From positions 1 through 54,075 of the forward strand of contig JAZQOM010000061.1 in NCBI GenBank assembly GCA_045627885.1: a DNA stretch of 54,075 nt, read 5' to 3'. The stretch comes from Eubacteriales bacterium (lineage in GTDB: Bacteria; Bacillota; Clostridia; Oscillospirales; CAG-272). Both the position numbers and the translations under genes were made by a program. The notes under the pieces are model-generated. The model saw nothing but the letters and a program-made list of their open reading frames with translations, was not told where the DNA came from and searched no databases. This document shows positions 47,882 to 54,075 of the stretch, in pieces. Numbering within the stretch: position 1 is the stretch's first letter; every line of letters begins with the position of its first letter.

Positions 47882-50263
47882 ATGATTTTATCGCTTGAAT
47901 GGCTTTCCGAATTTGTTGACATAGACGCAAACGCAAAAGAATACTGCGACAGAATGACCGATACCGGCTCAAAGGTTGAGGGATACGAAAACCTTTTCGA
48001 GAATGTGGTAAATGTTCAGGTCGGCAAGGTGCTTTCGCTTTCAAAGCATCCCGACGCGGACAGACTCACCGTCTGCTCCGTAGATGTCGGAGAATCCGAG
48101 CCCATACAGATAGTCACCGCGGCAACAAACCTTGTCGTCGATGCGCTTGTTCCCGTCGCAAGACATAAATCAACACTTGCCGACGGCACACATATCACGA
48201 GAGGCAAACTTCGCGGAGTCGTCTCCGACGGTATGTTCTGCTCATTTCACGAGCTCGGACTCACGCAGAACGATGTTCCCTACGGTGCCGATGACGGCAT
48301 ACTCATACTCAAAGAAGATGCCTATATCGGACAGGATATCCGCGACGCCCTCAAGATGAAGGATACCGTCGTAGAATTCGAGATAACCCCCAACCGCCCC
48401 GACTGCCTTTCGGTCATAGGACTTGCAAAGGAGAGCGCCGTATCGTTCGGCAAGCCCTGCAAGCTTCATAAGCCCGAGGTAAAGGGAAGCGGCGACGGCG
48501 ACAAAATAGAGAATTATCTCGATGTTGCGGTAAACGCTCCGGAGCTTTGCTTCAGATATACCGCGAGAGTGGTAAAGAATGTAAAAATAGAGATGTCACC
48601 GCTTTGGCTTCGCGCAAGACTTCGTGCATCCGGCGTAAGACCGATAAACAATATCGTCGATATCACAAACTATGTAATGCTTGAGTACGGTCAGCCGATG
48701 CACGCGTTTGACTATTCCTGCATAGACGGCAAAAAGATAAATGTAAGACTTGCCGAAGACGGCGAGCCCATGCAGACGCTCGACGATAAGCAGTACACAT
48801 TAAAGGGCAATATGCTTGTCATCGCGGACGAGAATAAACCCGTCGCACTTGCCGGCGTAATGGGCGGCGCAAACTCCGATATCAAGGATAACACCGCAAC
48901 CGTCGTGTTCGAGAGCGCCTGCTTCGACGGCCCCTCCGTAAGAACAACATCGAGAGCACTCGGAATCCGTACCGAAAGCTCCGGCAGATTCGAGAAGGGA
49001 CTTGACAGAGAGAACACCTACGGCGCACTCGAAAGAGCCTGCGAGCTTGTCGAGCTTCTCGGCGCGGGAACGGTAGTTGACGGCATAATAGATGTTTACC
49101 CGGGCAAAAAGCCGCAGACGGTAATTCCCTTCGAGCCCGAGAGAATAAACGGACTTTTGGGAACAAAGCTTACCGCAGATTATATGAAGGATATCCTCAC
49201 ATCACTCGAATTCGAGGTAAAGGACGGCAAGGTATATGTTCCGTCATACCGCGAGGATGTACTCCGTATGGCAGACCTTGCGGAAGAGGTTGCCCGCATC
49301 TACGGCTACAATAATATAGAGTCACAACCCATAGCGGGAGCATCAACCGCGGGCGGACTCAACAGAAAGCAGAAGTATTTAAGACAACTTTCCGCATATC
49401 TTACGGGAATGGGACTTGACGAGATTTACACATATTCATTCACAAGCCCCAAGGTATTCGATAAAATGAGAATCCCGCAAGACAGCGCTATGCGTAGCTG
49501 CGTCACGATAAGGAATCCTCTCGGCGAGGACACAAGCGTAATGAGAACCACCGCACTTTCGGGAATGCTCGAGGTGCTTGCGAGAAACTATAATTACAGA
49601 AACAAGAGCGGCGCATTCTACGAGATAGCAAAGGTGTATATTCCCGACGAAAATCCCGAAAAGCTCCCCGACGAGAGGGTAAAGGTGACGCTCGGAATGT
49701 ACGGAAACTGCGATTTTTATACAATGTCGGGCGTTATAGCAAAGCTTGCAAAGCTCTCGGGAATCGAGAAGATAAAGCTTGAAGCAAATGCAAATGAGCC
49801 CACCTACCACCCGGGCAGATGCGCCGATGTTTATGCGGACGGAAAGCTTCTCGGAACATTCGGAGAGGCTCATCCCGAGACTGCCGCAAACTTCGGAGCA
49901 GAGACAAAGCTCTATATAGCCCAGCTCGACTTGGCGGCACTTATGGAAGCAAGCTGCTTCGAAAAAGAATATAAGCCGCTTCCCAAATTCCCCGCAACGA
50001 CGAGAGACTTCGCATTCACTTGCGACAGAACACTTGCGAGCGGAACGCTTTGTGAGCTGATTGAGAATGCCGCGGGCAAGAACTGCGAGAGCGTAAAGCT
50101 TTTCGATGTGTATGAATCCGAAGCACTCGGCGATAAAAAGGGACTTGCCTATACCGTAACACTTCGCGCATCGGATAAGACGCTGACCGACGACGAGGCG
50201 GAGAAGATATCTCAAAAGATTATTGCCGCCGCACAGACTGTCGGCGCCGAATTAAGACAGTAA
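47882..50263 (+). CDS. pheT: Phenylalanine--tRNA ligase beta subunit
   Basis: KHPDADRL, EITPNRPDCLS, RPINNIVDITNY, DLAEEVARIYGY, FPATTRD. Confidence 0.97.
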   Translation: MILSLEWLSEFVDIDANAKEYCDRMTDTGSKVEGYENLFENVVNVQVGKVLSLSKHPDADRLTVCSVDVGESEPIQIVTAATNLVVDALVPVARHKSTLADGTHITRGKLRGVVSDGMFCSFHELGLTQNDVPYGADDGILILKEDAYIGQDIRDALKMKDTVVEFEITPNRPDCLSVIGLAKESAVSFGKPCKLHKPEVKGSGDGDKIENYLDVAVNAPELCFRYTARVVKNVKIEMSPLWLRARLRASGVRPINNIVDITNYVMLEYGQPMHAFDYSCIDGKKINVRLAEDGEPMQTLDDKQYTLKGNMLVIADENKPVALAGVMGGANSDIKDNTATVVFESACFDGPSVRTTSRALGIRTESSGRFEKGLDRENTYGALERACELVELLGAGTVVDGIIDVYPGKKPQTVIPFEPERINGLLGTKLTADYMKDILTSLEFEVKDGKVYVPSYREDVLRMADLAEEVARIYGYNNIESQPIAGASTAGGLNRKQKYLRQLSAYLTGMGLDEIYTYSFTSPKVFDKMRIPQDSAMRSCVTIRNPLGEDTSVMRTTALSGMLEVLARNYNYRNKSGAFYEIAKVYIPDENPEKLPDERVKVTLGMYGNCDFYTMSGVIAKLAKLSGIEKIKLEANANEPTYHPGRCADVYADGKLLGTFGEAHPETAANFGAETKLYIAQLDLAALMEASCFEKEYKPLPKFPATTRDFAFTCDRTLASGTLCELIENAAGKNCESVKLFDVYESEALGDKKGLAYTVTLRASDKTLTDDEAEKISQKIIAAAQTVGAELRQ

Positions 50264-50267
50264 TATT

Positions 50268-50304
50268 AAAAAACAGAATCCCTGCCGGGGATTCTGTTTT
50301 TTTT
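50268..50304 (+). terminator. Rho-independent terminator
   Basis: AAAAAACAGAATCCC-N5-GGGATTCTGTTTTTTTT. Confidence 0.85.
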
Positions 50305-50334
50305 ACCTTAGATTACACCCGATATGACGGCATT

Positions 50335-50458
50335 CGAGAAACGCCGCATTACTTTGTTCCCGCAGGACGGTCTTCACTCGGACTTACGGACAGTAAGCCC
50401 TTCGCTTGCGCTCCTGCGCTTCGCGTCTTGCAGTGTTCTAATGCGGCTTTATCTCCCG
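50335..50458. repeat. Nested inverted-repeat element (MITE/REP-like or structured RNA)
   Basis: GCCGCATTA (50343-50351) pairs with TAATGCGGC (50439-50447); central hairpin CTTAC-N5-GTAAG. Confidence 0.45.
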
Positions 50459-50600
50459 TAAACGGTTTTACCACCAATAAATTGCAACACCAAATACCAT
50501 AATGTGCGCTTTTGCGCACAATTCATTTTCCACCGCAAATCACAGCTTGCCTATCTATTTTGACTTGCCAAAGCAAACGCAAATTTTCCCGCATAAAAAC

Positions 50601-50630
50601 TTGACAACGCACAATTATATGTTATATAAT
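50601..50630 (+). promoter_or_regulatory. SigA promoter of greA-lysS
   Basis: TTGACA-N18-TATAAT. Confidence 0.7.
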
Positions 50631-50666
50631 ATTCTGTAAAAATTTATATTTGAAAGGACTACCGAC

Positions 50667-51146
50667 ATGGCAGAAAAAGTAATAACTCTTTCTAAAAAGG
50701 GACATGAGGACCTTGTAAACGAACTCGAATATTTGAAAACAGTCAAGCGTTACGAGATAGGCGATAAGCTCAAAGCCGCAAGAGCGCAGGGCGACCTTTC
50801 CGAGAACAGCGAATACGACGAGGCAAAGGACGAGCAGGCAAAGAACGAGACTCGTATTGCCGAGCTCGAAAATATGCTCAAAAATGTAAAAATAATAGAC
50901 GAAGCACAGATAAAGACAGACAGAGTAGGCGTAGGGTCAAAGGTCAAGATTTTTGACGAGGGGTACGACGAGGAAGTCACATACACAATAAAAGGTTCCG
51001 CCGAGGCATCACCGCTTGACGGCATAATTTCAAACGAGTCTCCCATCGGAAAGGCGCTTATGGGCGCAAAGACCGGTGATGATGTAATGGTCACCAATTC
51101 GGAGGGCCATGTCAGAAAAATAAAGGTACTTGAAATATCCAAATAA
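50667..51146 (+). CDS. greA: Transcription elongation factor GreA
   Basis: [30 protein letters not shown]. Confidence 0.97.
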   Translation: MAEKVITLSKKGHEDLVNELEYLKTVKRYEIGDKLKAARAQGDLSENSEYDEAKDEQAKNETRIAELENMLKNVKIIDEAQIKTDRVGVGSKVKIFDEGYDEEVTYTIKGSAEASPLDGIISNESPIGKALMGAKTGDDVMVTNSEGHVRKIKVLEISK

Positions 51147-51160
51147 TAACGGAGAATAAA

Positions 51161-52645
51161 ATGGCTGAAGAAATAAATAGCATAGAAGAACTCTCGGAGC
51201 AGACGAGAATAAGAATGGAAAAGCTCGGCGCACTCAAAGAAGCCGGAGCAGACCCGTACACAATAACAAAATACGGCGTAACGCACACGAGCGATGCGAT
51301 AGTTGCGGATTTCGACAAACTCGAGAATAGCGATGTTGCCGTAGCCGGCAGAATTATGTCGAAGCGTGTAATGGGCAAGGCGTCATTTTGCCACATACAG
51401 GACGGCAAGGGACTTTTGCAGCTTTATGTTGCACGCGACAGTATAGGTGAAGAGCCGTACGCCGGATTCAAGAAGATGGATATCGGCGATGTTGTCGGCG
51501 TAAAGGGAACGGTGTTCCGCACAAAGACTGGGGAGATATCGGTACACGCAACAGAACTTGTATTGCTTGCAAAGTGCCTGCATCCGCTGCCCGAGAAGCA
51601 TCACGGACTCACGGATACCGATATGCGCTACCGCGAAAGATATCTTGACCTCATAGTAAATCCCGAGGTCAAAGACACATTCACAAAGCGCAGTATGATT
51701 CTCAAAGAAATAAGGAACTACCTTGATTCAAAGGGATATCTTGAGGTAGACACGCCCATACTCGTACCGCTCGAGATAGGAGCGGCGGCGCGCCCGTTCA
51801 AGACGCATCACAATACGCTTGATATGGATATGTACCTGCGCATCGAGACGGAGCTTTACTTAAAGCGCCTGATTGTGGGCGGAATGGACAAGGTGTATGA
51901 GGTTGGCAGAATATTCAGAAATGAGGGTATGGACACCAAGCACAACCCCGAATTCACGACGATAGAGCTGTATGAAGCATACACGGATTTCCACGGAATG
52001 ATGGATTTAGTCGAGGAGCTTTATTCGACACTTGCCGAGAAGATATGCGGCACAAAGCAAATCACATATCAGGGCAAGACGATAGATATGGGCAAGTGGG
52101 AAAGACTCACGATGAAGGAAGCCGTAAAGAAGTATTCCGGCTGCGACTATAACGACTGGGCGACCGATGAGGAAGCGAGAGCCTGCGCGAAAGCGAAGGG
52201 AGTGGAGGTACCGGCGACAGCGACAAAGGGAACGGTGCTAGCCGAGCTTTTCGACGCATTTGTCGAGGAAAACCTCATTCAGCCGACATTTATATATGAC
52301 TATCCGGTAGAGAACAGCCCGCTTGCAAAGAGAAAGCCGGACGACGCGATGTTTACGGAGAGATTCGAGTATTTCATCAACGCAACGGAATACGGCAACG
52401 CATTTTCGGAGCTCAATGACCCGATTGACCAGAAGGGCAGATTTGAGAGTCAGGTAGCGGCAAAGAGGGCAGAGGAGCCGAACACAAAGGCAGAGGTAGA
52501 CTATGATTATGTCAATGCGCTCGAATACGGAATGCCGCCCACGGGAGGACTCGGATTTGGTGTAGACCGCCTTGTAATGTTGCTCACTGACTCCGCCTCA
52601 ATCCGCGATGTCCTGCTCTTCCCGACAATGAAACCTTTGGACTGA
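51161..52645 (+). CDS. lysS: Lysine--tRNA ligase (class II)
   Basis: YRERYLDL, FRNEGMDTKHNPEFT, ALEYGMPPTGGLGFGVDRL, VLLFPTMK. Confidence 0.98.
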   Translation: MAEEINSIEELSEQTRIRMEKLGALKEAGADPYTITKYGVTHTSDAIVADFDKLENSDVAVAGRIMSKRVMGKASFCHIQDGKGLLQLYVARDSIGEEPYAGFKKMDIGDVVGVKGTVFRTKTGEISVHATELVLLAKCLHPLPEKHHGLTDTDMRYRERYLDLIVNPEVKDTFTKRSMILKEIRNYLDSKGYLEVDTPILVPLEIGAAARPFKTHHNTLDMDMYLRIETELYLKRLIVGGMDKVYEVGRIFRNEGMDTKHNPEFTTIELYEAYTDFHGMMDLVEELYSTLAEKICGTKQITYQGKTIDMGKWERLTMKEAVKKYSGCDYNDWATDEEARACAKAKGVEVPATATKGTVLAELFDAFVEENLIQPTFIYDYPVENSPLAKRKPDDAMFTERFEYFINATEYGNAFSELNDPIDQKGRFESQVAAKRAEEPNTKAEVDYDYVNALEYGMPPTGGLGFGVDRLVMLLTDSASIRDVLLFPTMKPLD

Positions 52646-52779
52646 CGGACATCGCAAAAACCCAGTAACTATGCGGGTTTGCGGCACTTTTTGAGAATGA
52701 AAAATGCCTCTACTACGCCAGTTACTACGCCAATTTTCACTTAATTTTGCAGAGAAAAGTAGTTCGACACTAAAGTAAC

Positions 52780-52806
52780 AAGCACCGTGCCAAAAACACG
52801 GTGCTT
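52780..52806. terminator. Hairpin, probable terminator of the YhcG gene
   Basis: AAGCACCGTG-N7-CACGGTGCTT. Confidence 0.6.
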
Positions 52807-52826
52807 AACTTTTATTGTGGTAGTGT

Positions 52827-53726
52827 TTATTGCTCCTCGCCATTTTCAAGTGCAATATCGGTTAACTCTCTCAATTTATTCTGCAAAAGTTCTTTATCAG
52901 GCAGACAAAGTGTGTAATCAGAAACAAGTGTAGGCGATAAACTTCGGCTTAATGCATATTCAACAACTGCATCATCCTTACTTGCACAAAGAATAAGACC
53001 GACACTCGGATTTTCGTTTGTCTTTTTGACATCTCTGTCCAATGCTTCAAGGTAAAAATTGATTTGACCGATATGCTCAGGTTTGAATTTACCGATTTTA
53101 AGTTCAATCGGCACAAGACACGAAAGAGCACGGTTATAAAACAGTAGGTCAATGTAAAAATCCTGACCGCCGACCTGCACTCGGTATTCCTCGCCTATGA
53201 ATGTAAAGTCTTTTCCGAATTCAAGAATAAACTGCTTTAAGTTTTCTATAATGGCTTTTCGCAGATTCTTTTCCGAGTATTCAGTAGGCAAATCAAGAAA
53301 CTCTAAAACATAAGTATCAAGAATACTGTTTCGAACATTGGAGTCAACCAATTCCGGCGGTTGTTTGCCCGAAGATAGTTTGTAGCGTTCGTAATAGGCA
53401 CTTTCAATTTGTCGATTAAGTTCACGGTAAGAATACTGCTCTTTTGCACAGAGTTCCATATAAAAATGGCGTTCTTCCGCCGTTTTACAACCCGATAAAA
53501 TCAACAGATGATTTGACCAACTGATTTGTGTCAACAGTGCTGACACAAATTCATCATCCTTGTAGGTTTCATAAAATTGCTTCATTCTGTAAAGCCCACG
53601 GCGGTTAAAACCTTTGATTTCAGGCGAAGTTTCGGCTATATATGCCGCCACCTCATCCATGATTTTATCCCCGAATGACGATTCGGCACAAAGCCCGGAA
53701 ATATATTCACCTACATTCCAATACAT
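52827..53726 (-). CDS. YhcG/DUF1016-family PD-(D/E)xK nuclease; the natural N-terminus (ATG 53833) is out of frame
   Basis: YWNVG, GFNRRGLYRMKQFY, ISWSNH, FILEFGKDFTF, IDLLFY...PIELK.GKFKPEHIGQINFY. Confidence 0.88.
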   Translation of the reverse strand: MYWNVGEYISGLCAESSFGDKIMDEVAAYIAETSPEIKGFNRRGLYRMKQFYETYKDDEFVSALLTQISWSNHLLILSGCKTAEERHFYMELCAKEQYSYRELNRQIESAYYERYKLSSGKQPPELVDSNVRNSILDTYVLEFLDLPTEYSEKNLRKAIIENLKQFILEFGKDFTFIGEEYRVQVGGQDFYIDLLFYNRALSCLVPIELKIGKFKPEHIGQINFYLEALDRDVKKTNENPSVGLILCASKDDAVVEYALSRSLSPTLVSDYTLCLPDKELLQNKLRELTDIALENGEEQ

Positions 53727-53905
53727 CTTAATAAGCTCGGTATTTACCGCTTTTAAGGCGTTTGACCGAGCATCGCTGATAATGGAAAGTATTTTATTAA
53801 AATCATTTTTTGATTCATGATTTCATTTTGCATAATCTATTCTCTTTCTAATGCTGTCTGATTCATTTCAGATGGCATTTTTGTTTTATTTGATAGTTCG
53901 CAGTT

Positions 53906-54075
53906 TTACTTATTTTTAATAATTTTATCCGGAAGAACCGAAGCTGTGATTAAATCTGCCGGGTCAACATCCAAAGCATCGGCAATGCTGAATAACACTT
54001 CTAATGAAAAACTTTTTGCAAGTCCCGGTGCTTCTATTGCACTAATTAGCGACCGGCTGATATTTGCTTTCTCTG
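53906..54075 (-). CDS. XRE-family HTH regulator, C-terminal part (start lies outside the window)
   Basis: Hand translation: EKANISRSLISAIEAPGLAKSFSLEVLFSIADALDVDPADL...KNK*. Confidence 0.75.
   Translation of the reverse strand, partial: EKANISRSLISAIEAPGLAKSFSLEVLFSIADALDVDPADLITASVLPDKIIKNK

Larger units (their letters stand above)
52646..54075. mobile_element. End of a probable integrative element / genomic island inserted at the lysS 3' end (continues beyond the window)
   Basis: Abrupt AT enrichment after the lysS stop, no host-style terminator, an imperfect IR at 52653-52683, tandem TACTACGCCA repeats, and YhcG/XRE cargo. No integrase is visible in the window. Confidence 0.6.

Overview
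A 54-kb chromosomal segment from a spore-forming, Clostridia-type Firmicute, probably an uncultured gut lineage (inferred from gene content; roughly 50% GC by eye). Most of it is core genome: rplM-rpsI, metF-metH, lysC, dnaD with a helicase loader, ymfF/H-lgt-folD-pgsA-cysS-mrnC, metK, asnA-asnS, a T-box-controlled pheST, greA-lysS and the sporulation genes yqfC/yqfD/ylbJ. Both edges look accessory. On the left is a truncated secreted modular amidase/lectin/Cys-His-repeat protein, divergent from an XRE regulator, with a visible operator pair. On the right is the start of an AT-rich island inserted at the lysS 3' end, carrying a frameshifted YhcG nuclease and an XRE gene. The best candidate for a little-described system is the metK <- [sRNA-like unit] -> mtaD-ahcY locus. 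Its hydrolase has the HLEAKT signature I associate with S-inosylhomocysteine-using archaeal enzymes and sits directly behind a deaminase. No riboswitch is visible on any methionine gene, and a self-contained ~140-nt transcript with two anti-RBS/AUG-like motifs lies in the divergent gap. GATC is strikingly depleted across the window. I saw no CRISPR array, tRNA or rRNA. All calls come from reading the sequence by eye; no searches were run.
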